DNA of 64,000 bases from an uncultured SAR86 cluster bacterium (GCA_902602185.1 CACKPV010000002.1:210506-274505), one strand, 5' to 3'; shown: positions 10,823-19,735, numbered from the stretch's first letter. The notes: generated by a model from the letters alone, not told the origin. Made by a program: numbers and translations.

Positions 10823-11542
10823 ATGAAGAGAAGATTCAGGATCGAGACTGGACGGTACGGCGGTGAAATTGTCTGTGGCACCGTATCAAAAGAATTCGTT
10901 CAATACTGGAAAGATAAAGAAGAAAGCCAATTATCCGAACATCTTTATAACTTGACTTGGGGAGATTCTGAGTATGTCGATTCAGATTCTCCCCCAACTC
11001 CTCATGAAGAATGGTCTGAAATTAATGATATCTGTCAAACTTATGGTGCATATAGTGATGGTGGCTTTTACATTACTGAAATAAGCAATGAAGATCATTG
11101 GGATGACATTGGTGAAGAAATCTTTGCGGATGGGCATCTTCTTTATCAAAGAGTTGGGGTTCCTTTTATGTTTGCTGAAATTGAGGATGCGGCATATCTT
11201 GAATGGGGAGAAGATGACTTGCATCCCATTTTGATATTTCATCCAGTTGAAAAAGGCCGTCTTAATGCATGGATATTTGAAACAGATGGAGAGGATTTCA
11301 ATCCCTTAAAGCTAGTTTTTAGCACTGCTGATACCCCGTTAGCTACTGTCATAGAAAATGTTTGGTATGATCAAAAACTCCTAGAAGCAACTGGTGATTG
11401 TGATACTGTCGGTGGTAAAGGTAATTATGTTCAAGTAGGTTGGATTCATAAGCCTCTCGTTGAAGACTGGGAGGATCCTGCAAGTTTAGATCTTAGTGCC
11501 GAATGGCAAGAGTTAAATGCATATTTAGAGAGTCTGAATTAA
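10823..11542 (+). CDS. Hypothetical acidic cytoplasmic protein
   Basis: 239-aa ORF, strongly Asp/Glu/Trp-rich; no family recognised. Confidence 0.45.
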   Translation: MKRRFRIETGRYGGEIVCGTVSKEFVQYWKDKEESQLSEHLYNLTWGDSEYVDSDSPPTPHEEWSEINDICQTYGAYSDGGFYITEISNEDHWDDIGEEIFADGHLLYQRVGVPFMFAEIEDAAYLEWGEDDLHPILIFHPVEKGRLNAWIFETDGEDFNPLKLVFSTADTPLATVIENVWYDQKLLEATGDCDTVGGKGNYVQVGWIHKPLVEDWEDPASLDLSAEWQELNAYLESLN

Positions 11543-12096
11543 TTCCAGGTTTCAACATATTCTTCGACTTGCATTGTAGGTATAGTCTTTTGCTTGCCAG
11601 TTGGTGTTCCTACATATAAATATCCTAAAATAGCTTGGTGTTTCTCTAAACCAAAATGAGATTCTATATCTCCATGAAAGGCTAATTTGCCAGTTCTCCA
11701 ATATCCTGCAAAACCCATGGCATGTAATGCCAATAATATATTTTGGGCAGCAGTCGCAGTTGAAAGCTTCTGCTCTATTGGTGGGACTTTTGGATGTTCC
11801 TGAATGTTACATACAAGAACAATGATCATTGGAGCTCGAAACGGGGCTTCACGATATTTTGCTAGTTTCTCATCTGTAAGATCAGGGACATTTTCTTTAG
11901 CATATTTTTCAAAAATTTTAGAAAGCTTTTCTAAGCCTTTACCTGAAACCTCGATAAAGCTTGATGGTCGTAACCAAGCATGATCGGGTGAGCGAAGAGC
12001 AGCCTGATAAACTATCTGCATCTGTTCAGATGACGGCATAGGCATAGTTAATTTACTAGAAGCATTTCTGGTAAGTAAATTTTTAATAGCATCCAT
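11539..12096 (-). CDS. NAD(P)H nitroreductase family protein (YdjA-like)
   Basis: 185 aa. RNASSKL.., AAQNILLALHAMGF, typical nitroreductase-fold signature. Confidence 0.75.
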   Translation of the reverse strand: MDAIKNLLTRNASSKLTMPMPSSEQMQIVYQAALRSPDHAWLRPSSFIEVSGKGLEKLSKIFEKYAKENVPDLTDEKLAKYREAPFRAPMIIVLVCNIQEHPKVPPIEQKLSTATAAQNILLALHAMGFAGYWRTGKLAFHGDIESHFGLEKHQAILGYLYVGTPTGKQKTIPTMQVEEYVETWN

Positions 12097-12129
12097 TTTT
12101 ATAAGATTTATTTGTATTGCTTAATATTA

Positions 12130-12573
12130 CTATAAGGATCTTATGATTGCTGTTAAGTTTTCAAAGAAACCTGGATTACCCTGATAATGCTTGAGTTCTG
12201 CTTCAGGTCGATTCCAATTGCTTGCGGCACTGACAAAGAAATTTGATTGCGGTTTAACCCAAGATGAATCATCTAAAATTCCTGCCTTGATAAAGAATAG
12301 ATTTTTAAATTCTTTAGTAAAACTTAGAACTCCTGATCCGCAATTATCACAAAAACCTCGATTGACTCGGAGACCAAGTTTTCCTTTTATTTCATAAAAT
12401 TTTAGTTGCCCAGAAAGTGTCAAATGTTTTTTTGGTAGATAAAGGATTGTAGCTTTTCCAGCTCCCGTAGAGCGCTGACAGTCTTTGCAGTGACAATGGT
12501 GCGTAGACAATACTTTATTACTATCAAAAGCAACAGTGACTTGATTGCACAAACATTTACCTGTGACCTGCAT
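12130..12573 (-). CDS. GFA/CENP-V family zinc protein (glutathione-dependent formaldehyde-activating-like)
   Basis: Cys clusters CLCNQV, CHCKDCQRSTGAG, CDNCGS. Confidence 0.75.
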   Translation of the reverse strand: MQVTGKCLCNQVTVAFDSNKVLSTHHCHCKDCQRSTGAGKATILYLPKKHLTLSGQLKFYEIKGKLGLRVNRGFCDNCGSGVLSFTKEFKNLFFIKAGILDDSSWVKPQSNFFVSAASNWNRPEAELKHYQGNPGFFENLTAIIRSL

Positions 12574-12585
12574 ACAAATATTTTA

Positions 12586-13719
12586 TCAGAGGATCGATTG
12601 AAAAAGTTCCTTCACTAACAAAGGAGGTATGCCCTCCCCTGCAATTCTCCTTAAAAAAACTGGAGATGTATTGAGATCAATCTTATTTTCAAAATTTATA
12701 GAGAAAATTGTAAATAATTCCTTGATAGAAAAACTTCTTGCATCTGAATATAATCGACTGCTTTCATCTCCTGCCCTCAAAGTTTTTCCAGGATGTACAC
12801 AGGCTAGAGAAGACATGACTCCATTATTTTGAGTGAGTGTTCTCGAGGGTTTGTCCCATCGCATTCGTCGAAAGTGATTAGAGTGTCCAGACATTGGGTG
12901 TCCGTCATGACGTTTTGGGAAAAAAATTTCATTATCAAAAGCTGTTTTACCAGTGGGTGTTTTCTGCATAGCAATGACATCCTTTTTGGGATGCACAGGC
13001 GGTACATGCCATGAAGAGAATTTTTTTCCTCTTGCAGCTTTTCTTTTAAAGTTTGGGAACATAGCTAATGTTTCTGCCATACCTTCTCGTAATTGGGGAT
13101 CAAGCGATGGAAAATGGCCAATGGCTTCTTTCAAGGTAACAATATGGTTCTTTTTTGGAGGGAAATGCCAAAACTTTTTTTCATCCCTTCTTGTGAGCAA
13201 CATTATATTTCTTGGGCGCATTTGTGGAATCCCATAATCCATGGCCTTTATAAGATTTTCAGGATTAAAATAATAATAACGACTAAGTTGCTGCAATATA
13301 TAATCTGGAATAAGTATTTTTTTATTTTTTACTTTAATTCTAGTGGTTAGTTGTCGGGGAACATTTTCTAATAAAACAAATCTTGGAAGAATAGATTTAA
13401 TAACTTTTATAGCGTAATAAATAAGAAAATTTCTAGGGTCATCTTCTGATACTCTCCCAACTAAACTCATACCTTGACAGGGAGGTGTTGCCATAATTAC
13501 GTCTAGTTGATTTTCTTTGGCAATACGAATAAATTTTTTTTGGATATGTGTATCAGTGATGCTGCCAGATAACACTTCTGCATTAGGATGAATACTCTGA
13601 AAAAAATTACAACGGTCTTCACGAATTTCGTTGGCAACAATAGTTTTACAGCCTAGTTCATTCAGTCGACTTTCACCAACTCCACCTCCGCAAAACAAAG
13701 AACCTATTTTAAGACTCAT
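12586..13719 (-). CDS. DNA (cytosine-5)-methyltransferase, copy 1
   Basis: Motif I FCGGGVGE, IV TPPCQGMS, VI ENV, VIII QMRPR, X-like GEGIPP. 377 aa. Confidence 0.9.
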   Translation of the reverse strand: MSLKIGSLFCGGGVGESRLNELGCKTIVANEIREDRCNFFQSIHPNAEVLSGSITDTHIQKKFIRIAKENQLDVIMATPPCQGMSLVGRVSEDDPRNFLIYYAIKVIKSILPRFVLLENVPRQLTTRIKVKNKKILIPDYILQQLSRYYYFNPENLIKAMDYGIPQMRPRNIMLLTRRDEKKFWHFPPKKNHIVTLKEAIGHFPSLDPQLREGMAETLAMFPNFKRKAARGKKFSSWHVPPVHPKKDVIAMQKTPTGKTAFDNEIFFPKRHDGHPMSGHSNHFRRMRWDKPSRTLTQNNGVMSSLACVHPGKTLRAGDESSRLYSDARSFSIKELFTIFSINFENKIDLNTSPVFLRRIAGEGIPPLLVKELFQSIL

Positions 13720-14828
13720 ATGGGCATAGCTTTAAAACATAATTTTACAAACTCTGGGGGCACCCCTTCACCAATAACGGACCTTAGAAAAGGAGTATTT
13801 TCAGCTGATGATAATTTCCAGGACGGTTTGATTGTCATAACTAACATCAATTCATACATTGAGAGCACTCTTGCATCTGAATAGATAATGCCGTCTTTCG
13901 TTTGAACTTTTCTTCCTGGGTGGACATTAATATGTGAGGAAATGGTTCGGTTATGGGTTGTAACTGTTGGGCAGGGCTTATCCCAAGACATGCGTGCATA
14001 AGTTGTATTAAATGCACTAATAATTTTTCCATCAATCCTTCTTGGTTTAAATTTATTTATATTCTCAAATGCACTTTTTCCAGATGGTGTTTGCTGCATA
14101 CATATTATTTGCCTTATTGGATGTGACACCGGAGTATGAAATTCTGAAACCTTGAGTGCACTCTCTAATTTCTTATGAAATCGTGGAAAAACTTTTTCGG
14201 TTTGCACATTTGCATCAGAAACTATTGGATCTAGTGTTGGCAAATCATTTATGACATCTTTTAAAGTTAAGATTTTATTTTTGGGGTTAGGGAAATCCCA
14301 TGCTTGCGAAATATCTTTTCTAGTGAGTAAAAAAATTGATCTTTTACGCATTTGTGGAATGCCATAATCATCCATTTTGATATTCTTATTTTCAATAAAA
14401 TAATCTTTGCTAAGTTGTTTGCAAATAAATTCTGAAATAGTTACCTCTTTACCTCTGTAATTGATTAAGGTCTTATTCTGGTTTGGTACATTTTCATGAA
14501 AAATAAACTTTGGTTTCTTAGTTTTTATAAAATCAATTGAGTATTTCACTAAATGATTTCTTGGATCCATTTTTTCCATTCGACCTAAATTGCTCATGCC
14601 CTGACATGGTGGAGTGGAAATAACAAAATCGCAATCAAACTCTTTAAGCTTATTAAGAATTGTTTTTTTAGAAATATCTCCAACAATTACATTTGTATGG
14701 GGATGAAGTTTTTTATATAGATTGCACCTTTTGGGATCAATGTCATTTGCAGCTATGACTCTAAAGTTGGAGGGAAGAGATAACTCGCCGATCCCGATAT
14801 TGGCAAATAATGAAACTCCTTTGAGCAT
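13716..14828 (-). CDS. DNA (cytosine-5)-methyltransferase, copy 2 (paralogue of copy 1)
   Basis: Motif I variant FANIGIGE, IV TPPCQGMS, VI ENV, VIII QMRKR, X-like GEGVPP. Its stop overlaps the start of copy 1 (ATGA). Confidence 0.85.
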   Translation of the reverse strand: MLKGVSLFANIGIGELSLPSNFRVIAANDIDPKRCNLYKKLHPHTNVIVGDISKKTILNKLKEFDCDFVISTPPCQGMSNLGRMEKMDPRNHLVKYSIDFIKTKKPKFIFHENVPNQNKTLINYRGKEVTISEFICKQLSKDYFIENKNIKMDDYGIPQMRKRSIFLLTRKDISQAWDFPNPKNKILTLKDVINDLPTLDPIVSDANVQTEKVFPRFHKKLESALKVSEFHTPVSHPIRQIICMQQTPSGKSAFENINKFKPRRIDGKIISAFNTTYARMSWDKPCPTVTTHNRTISSHINVHPGRKVQTKDGIIYSDARVLSMYELMLVMTIKPSWKLSSAENTPFLRSVIGEGVPPEFVKLCFKAMPI

Positions 14829-14843
14829 CTTTAAAAGAAGATT

Positions 14844-15209
14844 TTAGTCCACAACGTGAAAAAGCTTATTATAAATTCTCCAGTCATTGTCGACTTTCAA
14901 GAAGGAGAGAGTGTCAACAAATTTGATTCCTAAATATGTTTCTTCCAGCATGACTGCTGCTGTAGCCCCGTTAATTTTACATGAGGTAATTCTCCAAACT
15001 TTTTCGACATTGTTTTCTGCCGGAGAGGGTTGTTGAGAGGCCACAAAATCTGCAAATTGGTCCACGCTCATATCCATAAAGTCTCCATGCAAATATCCGG
15101 TGATTCTTGCATTAGCATGAAAAGCCTCATGAACTTTTTCTGCGCTCGACTCATGCAAGCTATCATAATAAAGCTCAACTCCAGCTTCTATCATTTCTTT
15201 GTCTATCAT
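14844..15209 (-). CDS. NTF2-fold protein (SnoaL / putative lumazine-binding-like)
   Basis: 121 aa. Pattern ..NARITGY..FVDTLSFLKVDNDWRIYNKLFH typical of NTF2-like domains. Confidence 0.5.
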   Translation of the reverse strand: MIDKEMIEAGVELYYDSLHESSAEKVHEAFHANARITGYLHGDFMDMSVDQFADFVASQQPSPAENNVEKVWRITSCKINGATAAVMLEETYLGIKFVDTLSFLKVDNDWRIYNKLFHVVD

Positions 15210-15268
15210 AATATCTCCTAAACTTTTATTATAGTCCTCTTATAGCTATAAGGCGAGTAGAAATTAAA

Positions 15269-15442
15269 TTACCCAACGAGATCTATTATTCGTCCCTGCG
15301 CATCTTTAGCTCGTGCTTTGGATACTCCATGGGTCTTGCATAATTGACTGAGTCTGGATGAAATATAGTTTGAGTTTGATTCAGTTGTTGAACCAGCAGG
15401 ATTCCAGACGGTTCCCGTCCAAACCTCGAAAAAAATCTGCAT
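15269..15442 (-). CDS. Small hypothetical protein (57 aa), paralogue of 19565..19735
   Basis: Own translation: MQIFFEVWTGTVWNPAGSTTESNSNYISSRLSQLCKTHGVSKARAKDAQGRIIDLVG. Below the track size cutoff. Shares the C-terminal D-x-x-G-R-[IL]-I-D-L motif with the second copy. Confidence 0.35.
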   Translation of the reverse strand: MQIFFEVWTGTVWNPAGSTTESNSNYISSRLSQLCKTHGVSKARAKDAQGRIIDLVG

Positions 15443-15452
15443 TTATTTTAGT

Positions 15453-15485
15453 TAAAAAGTGCCAACTATTTTAAAAGATGGCACT
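15453..15485 (-). terminator. Possible intrinsic terminator after 15495..15869
   Basis: Minus strand AGTGCCA-(14 nt)-TGGCACT followed by TTTT. The loop is large. Confidence 0.35.
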
Positions 15486-15494
15486 CTTCAAATT

Positions 15495-15869
15495 TTAGTC
15501 ACTGTATAGCTGATCATCAATGAGTTTTTTGATGCCATTAGGATCTACAAATCCTCTTGCAACCATGTCTGCTCTGTCACCACTAACATAAACTAAAACG
15601 TTACCGGTATTCATCATTCTTTGAAAGATTGATTGATCAACACGAACTTGTGAGATTCTATCTAATTTAATATCAGTCTGATCTTTAGATATTAGTCCAA
15701 AATTGTAAGTTACTCTATTATTAGAAACCACCAAAGACTCAGATTTTGCTTTCAAGTAATAATAAATCAAAGCTAGTCCTGCAGTACACATAACAACTAA
15801 TGAAACAGTAATAGGTGCTGCTCTAAAGATTGCAGGTTTAAAGACTTTCTCTTCCATAAATTTCTCCAT
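15495..15869 (-). CDS. Membrane-anchored bacterial PH-domain (bPH_2/YdbS-like) protein
   Basis: N-terminal TM segment, then ..RVTYNFGLISKDQTDIKLDRISQVRVDQSIFQRMMNTGNVLVY pattern. Confidence 0.55.
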   Translation of the reverse strand: MEKFMEEKVFKPAIFRAAPITVSLVVMCTAGLALIYYYLKAKSESLVVSNNRVTYNFGLISKDQTDIKLDRISQVRVDQSIFQRMMNTGNVLVYVSGDRADMVARGFVDPNGIKKLIDDQLYSD

Positions 15870-16038
15870 TTATATATATGAAGTAGTATTCTGACAAATT
15901 AGTTGATTTAATTCCACTAATCATCTTTTTTTTTTGATTATTTTAATACCCTGATTATTAAGGTATTTTTTAAACTTTTTATAGATGATTTCTCTGGAAT
16001 CTCTAGGCTCAATCTTAAACATAATAAACTTTTTCATC

Positions 16039-16230
16039 TTAAGCCTCCCAACGAATTCGTATTAGGGGAGATGCTCCCGCATAGTGACGTCTTTGTCTGG
16101 CTTTAACAAATCCTCTTTCAAAATAATAAATCTCTGCACCTGAGGGTCCATAAACACTTGTATGCAGAGTAAATTTACCTACTTCATCCCATAAAATATA
16201 AGAATATTCATCGATTTTAATTTTTTTCAT
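16039..16230 (-). CDS. Hypothetical protein (63 aa)
   Basis: ORF with AAGGAGAAAAA upstream of the ATG; no family recognised. Confidence 0.4.
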   Translation of the reverse strand: MKKIKIDEYSYILWDEVGKFTLHTSVYGPSGAEIYYFERGFVKARQRRHYAGASPLIRIRWEA

Positions 16231-16326
16231 TTTTTCTCCTTAAATTGTTGATTAACCGTATCGTTTTTCCACCTTGCCGGAGTAGGCAGGTTGGAGAGGA
16301 ATTAAATCCTGCTCAAGATACAAAAA

Positions 16327-17271
16327 TTATTCTACCTTAAAAGATGTCCTAAAGAAAAAGAAAAAAGAAAGAGTGGCACATGCTGAGAGAATATGCCAGA
16401 TAGCATGCGGTTGAAAAATTGAGTCAGGGTTACACCACGCTTTGCCAGGATAGCCTTGGAGCCAAATTGCAAACGCCGTGATATAAAAAAATACTCCAAG
16501 CCAAAACCAAGGAAAATATGACTTTTGTATTGAAGATCTTTGATTAATAAATAGAGCTGGTAACCAAAATAAAATTACCCACCAATACTCACTGAAGTTT
16601 CCTAAAACCTCATGCGGGAAATAACCAAATAAAGCCATTACGGCAAACCCAATCAACCCAGAAAATATGCGCAGAACATGAGAATAAAATGATTGAAGGA
16701 CCTCTGTGATTACCCAAAGGGCAATAGAAAGAAACCAGAAGTTGAAATTTATTCCAAGACCGGTTCCCAGAAACCAGCTTAAAATGGCATAAATGCCAAC
16801 AATCAAGCAGTAAATCTTTACAAAAGAAGGTTCACTCCAGTCTCTAATAGTAAAAAGATTGACCAGCCAAGGTATAGAAATAAACATAATCATGCTTAAC
16901 CAGTCTGCCCATTGGCCCCATTCGGTATGAGTGCCATGCATAAGTAATGATCCTGGACCAAGGAATACTGCAGCTGATGCATACAAAATTGCGGTTGGAG
17001 TAGGCCCATGAAAACGACTATGAAGTTTGAGTGTTTCACCAGAAATAATCCAAAACATAAACAGTCCAGTAAGGATAAAACCAAGATTACTGAGAGCATT
17101 TGCTCGTTCTCGAAAATATGAATCACTAATTCGTTCACACCATCTGGAGACCTCCCCAATAACGTAACCCTCCTCCACCGATAAAAAATTTATGGTATTT
17201 GCTAGAGTGATGTAGGTAAGAAAAAACAGTCCAACTATAAGAACCGGAATAAAAAATAAAGTTCGGTTCAT
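16327..17271 (-). CDS. Multi-pass membrane protein, ceramidase-like His-rich motifs (tentative)
   Basis: 314 aa, at least 7 hydrophobic segments. HGTHTEWGQWADW and HAIWHILSA motifs. Confidence 0.45.
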   Translation of the reverse strand: MNRTLFFIPVLIVGLFFLTYITLANTINFLSVEEGYVIGEVSRWCERISDSYFRERANALSNLGFILTGLFMFWIISGETLKLHSRFHGPTPTAILYASAAVFLGPGSLLMHGTHTEWGQWADWLSMIMFISIPWLVNLFTIRDWSEPSFVKIYCLIVGIYAILSWFLGTGLGINFNFWFLSIALWVITEVLQSFYSHVLRIFSGLIGFAVMALFGYFPHEVLGNFSEYWWVILFWLPALFINQRSSIQKSYFPWFWLGVFFYITAFAIWLQGYPGKAWCNPDSIFQPHAIWHILSACATLSFFFFFRTSFKVE

Positions 17272-17277
17272 AATTGC

Positions 17278-17604
17278 CTAAACCGGGGTCTTAAATACAT
17301 TGATGATTGTTACGCCAACTACCACTAAAACGAGTCCAATAACAGTCTGCCAATTTAAAATTTGCTTATAAAAAAAGAAGCTCAAAATAGCCACAGCAAA
17401 TACTCCTACGCCGGACCAGGAAGCATACACAATGGATAAAGGCAATTTCTGCGACACGATGGCCAGACAATAAAAAGAAATAGTGTAAGCAAATAACAAA
17501 ATTATACTAGGCAATACCCTGGTAAAATTCTGTGAAGCTGGCAGCAGCATTGTCCCAATAACCTCAAAAATAATAGCAGCGCCAAGAAGAACATAAACAT
17601 TCAT
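17278..17604 (-). CDS. SMR family small multidrug efflux protein (EmrE/Qac-like)
   Basis: 108 aa. Glu in TM1 (IIFEVIGT) and VYASWSGVG motif. Confidence 0.85.
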   Translation of the reverse strand: MNVYVLLGAAIIFEVIGTMLLPASQNFTRVLPSIILLFAYTISFYCLAIVSQKLPLSIVYASWSGVGVFAVAILSFFFYKQILNWQTVIGLVLVVVGVTIINVFKTPV

Positions 17605-17613
17605 AACTGGGTC

Positions 17614-17892
17614 CTAAAATCTACTTGGTATATTGTCAGTATCTTCTTCTGTGAGATCAACAATTCGGTGCGTTAATAAAAAGTATAAAGTTATTATTGG
17701 GGTAATAAGTATGAAAAAATCAAAGAAAAAGAAGAAAGGGTCACCTCTATAATATTCACCACTAAAAAAATAAGTGAAATAATCTAAAACTCCCTCCATT
17801 GTCCAAACATTTTCCTCTGAAGAATAGCCACCTGCATAAAGGATAAGATATGACAATAAAAGTAAGTTGAAGATGATTGCCAATCTCCGCAT
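17614..17892 (-). CDS. Hypothetical small membrane protein
   Basis: 92 aa, two hydrophobic segments. Abuts the upstream ORF with no gap. Confidence 0.45.
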   Translation of the reverse strand: MRRLAIIFNLLLLSYLILYAGGYSSEENVWTMEGVLDYFTYFFSGEYYRGDPFFFFFDFFILITPIITLYFLLTHRIVDLTEEDTDNIPSRF

Positions 17893-18111
17893 TTAGACCA
17901 AGTTTAAAAAATTAAGAGCAAAGTACAGGCCACCACCTATACCCCACTGAGCAATGGTAAATACAACGATCAAAAAGAGATAAAAAGGGAGTCTGCTAAT
18001 CTTATTTAATTCCCACATGTCTCTATAATGTGAATTTGCTGCAAGCACTAACATAGAAATGCCTACAGTTAAAATCATGCCTACATAAATAATAGAGTCT
18101 TGTATTTCCAT
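17893..18111 (-). CDS. Hypothetical small membrane protein
   Basis: 72 aa, two hydrophobic segments. First gene of a tightly packed 4-gene minus-strand cluster. Confidence 0.45.
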   Translation of the reverse strand: MEIQDSIIYVGMILTVGISMLVLAANSHYRDMWELNKISRLPFYLFLIVVFTIAQWGIGGGLYFALNFLNLV

Positions 18112-18154
18112 ATTGATTACTTGTGTTTTTCTCTACTATACCAATATAATTTTT

Positions 18155-18616
18155 ATGATGACAAAAAAATTTCAATTTAATGTGTGCCTTTTTGTAATGA
18201 GTTTGTGTATTGCTACACCTACCCAAGCAAATAAATATGATAAAGAAGATCCTTCGGAATTATATGAAAAAGCTACAGAGCAACTTGAGAAGGAAGACTA
18301 TAAAAAAGCGGTAAAAACATTAAAAAAATATACAAAATCTGAATCAAAAGATGCTGACGGTTGGACTTTGTTGGCCTTTGCAAATCGTAAACTTGGTAAT
18401 TATAACGAAGCTGAAAAGCACTATAAACGAGCATTACGCCTTGATGCTGACAACAAGGTTGCCTTGGAATATCAAGGTGAAATGTTCATTGAATTAGGTA
18501 GGCTTGATGAAGCCAATGCAAATTTGGCAAAACTTAAGTCCCTATGCCCTGAGTCATGTGAAGAGCTAGAAATGTTAGAAAACTATATTACTGGTTCCGC
18601 AACTAAAAGTTGGTAA
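18155..18616 (+). CDS. Secreted TPR-repeat protein
   Basis: The track ORF starts at TTG 18113. ATG-ATG at 18155 gives signal peptide MMTKKFQFNVCLFVMSLCIATPTQA. TPR-like repeats (AEKHYKRALRLDADN). Confidence 0.6.
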   Translation: MMTKKFQFNVCLFVMSLCIATPTQANKYDKEDPSELYEKATEQLEKEDYKKAVKTLKKYTKSESKDADGWTLLAFANRKLGNYNEAEKHYKRALRLDADNKVALEYQGEMFIELGRLDEANANLAKLKSLCPESCEELEMLENYITGSATKSW

Positions 18617-19018
18617 TTAGCCCTCGTGGCAATCACAGTCTAGCTGCTTACAAGTTTGATGATTTTTATAATGCGCAAAAATTAACAAAGACGATCCTGA
18701 TAAGGTTAATAATCTTTCAAAAATCACACCCAATGTTTCTTCACCAAGCAAAAATGTTACTAGTAACACTAAGAGCCCTAGGCAACCAATTGCAAAAAAA
18801 GCAGAGGTTTGGTGATTTTTATATCCCATCAATAAAGCTAATAAACTAATTGGTACAGCTAAAAACAAGATAAGACCATGCACAAATTCGTTATCGATAG
18901 TAAAAGCAAATATGCCTGAGGTTAAAATTAAAAATGACGGTGTTAAAAAACAATGCAACACACAGATAGTAGATAGTGACATGGCTAACTTGTCAGTTGT
19001 CAGTTGCGTTTTAATCAT
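18617..19018 (-). CDS. MerC-like membrane protein
   Basis: 133 aa, 4 TM segments. LHCFLTP motif and C-terminal CKQLDCDCHEG Cys cluster. Confidence 0.6.
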   Translation of the reverse strand: MIKTQLTTDKLAMSLSTICVLHCFLTPSFLILTSGIFAFTIDNEFVHGLILFLAVPISLLALLMGYKNHQTSAFFAIGCLGLLVLLVTFLLGEETLGVIFERLLTLSGSSLLIFAHYKNHQTCKQLDCDCHEG

Positions 19019-19019
19019 T

Positions 19020-19559
19020 TCAAACCCTGTAATGAATGTTTTTACTTAAATTATTCATGATAATGTAATAGAAAGGGAGCAATAACACAATAAAAACCAT
19101 TAGCTTTGGTCCTAATAATTCAAACAATGTAAATGCAATAGCACCAGCAATAAATAATAAGACTGCTTCATAATAGCTATATAAATACTTCTCTTGCAAA
19201 GCAGCTCGAACAATTAAAAAATTTGTAGGTAGGTATAAAAGTACTCCGGTAATAGTGCCAGGACTAAAATCTTGATAACACAGACTAAAAAAGGCATGAA
19301 AAATTGCGTTAACTACTTGGGTAGTCATCATAAAGAATAATACCAAGTGTGCACTTGCCCGATTTTGTCGAACCGCATGAAAAAAGATTAAAACAAGTTA
19401 CATTATCATCAATCGAATAAGCATTTCTTCTGTTGAAAACTGATTGTTATCAAGAAAATACTTTAATCGCCACTCCCGAAAATTAAAGATGATATGCTCT
19501 TCAAAATGATGTATGGCATACACTAAGGGACTGAGAATAATCAGAGAAGAAAATTTCAA
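19020..19559 (-). pseudogene. HXXEE-domain membrane protein interrupted by an in-frame TAA (19398-19400)
   Basis: Own translation from TTG 19559: LKFSSLIILSPLVYAIHHFEEHIIFNFREWRLKYFLDNNQFSTEEMLIRLMIM-stop-LVLIFFHAVRQNRASAH, then the track ORF 19020..19346 in the same frame. Confidence 0.55.
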
Positions 19560-19564
19560 GATAA

Positions 19565-19735
19565 TTAAGGCTCCAGTAAATCTATGAGACGTCCATTCTC
19601 GTCAACGATCCGATGCCTAATTTGTTTTTGTTTTACCATCTGCCGCATAACTCTGAAGGCATCAGTTTCATTTGTTTTGGTTTGGTAATGCTGCCACTTC
19701 CCCCACTTGTCTTGCCATTGAATCTTGTATTTCAT
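19565..19735 (-). CDS. Small hypothetical protein (56 aa), paralogue of 15269..15442
   Basis: Own translation: MKYKIQWQDKWGKWQHYQTKTNETDAFRVMRQMVKQKQIRHRIVDENGRLIDLLEP. ATG overlaps the DoxX stop (ATGA). Confidence 0.4.
   Translation of the reverse strand: MKYKIQWQDKWGKWQHYQTKTNETDAFRVMRQMVKQKQIRHRIVDENGRLIDLLEP

Noticed and set aside
10823-11542. Acidic 239-aa ORF considered as the missing restriction endonuclease for the tandem methyltransferases
   Set aside because: It is on the opposite strand and separated by two unrelated genes. It is extremely acidic and shows no convincing PD-(D/E)XK, HNH or GIY-YIG motif.
15921-16037. 38-codon Lys-rich ORF (MKKFIMFKIEPRDSREIIYKKFKKYLNNQGIKIIKKKR) starting 1 nt after the stop of 16039..16230
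   Set aside because: It is very short, its basic tail comes from an A10 homopolymer, and no family or paralogue is recognised. It could be real but is not supportable from sequence alone.
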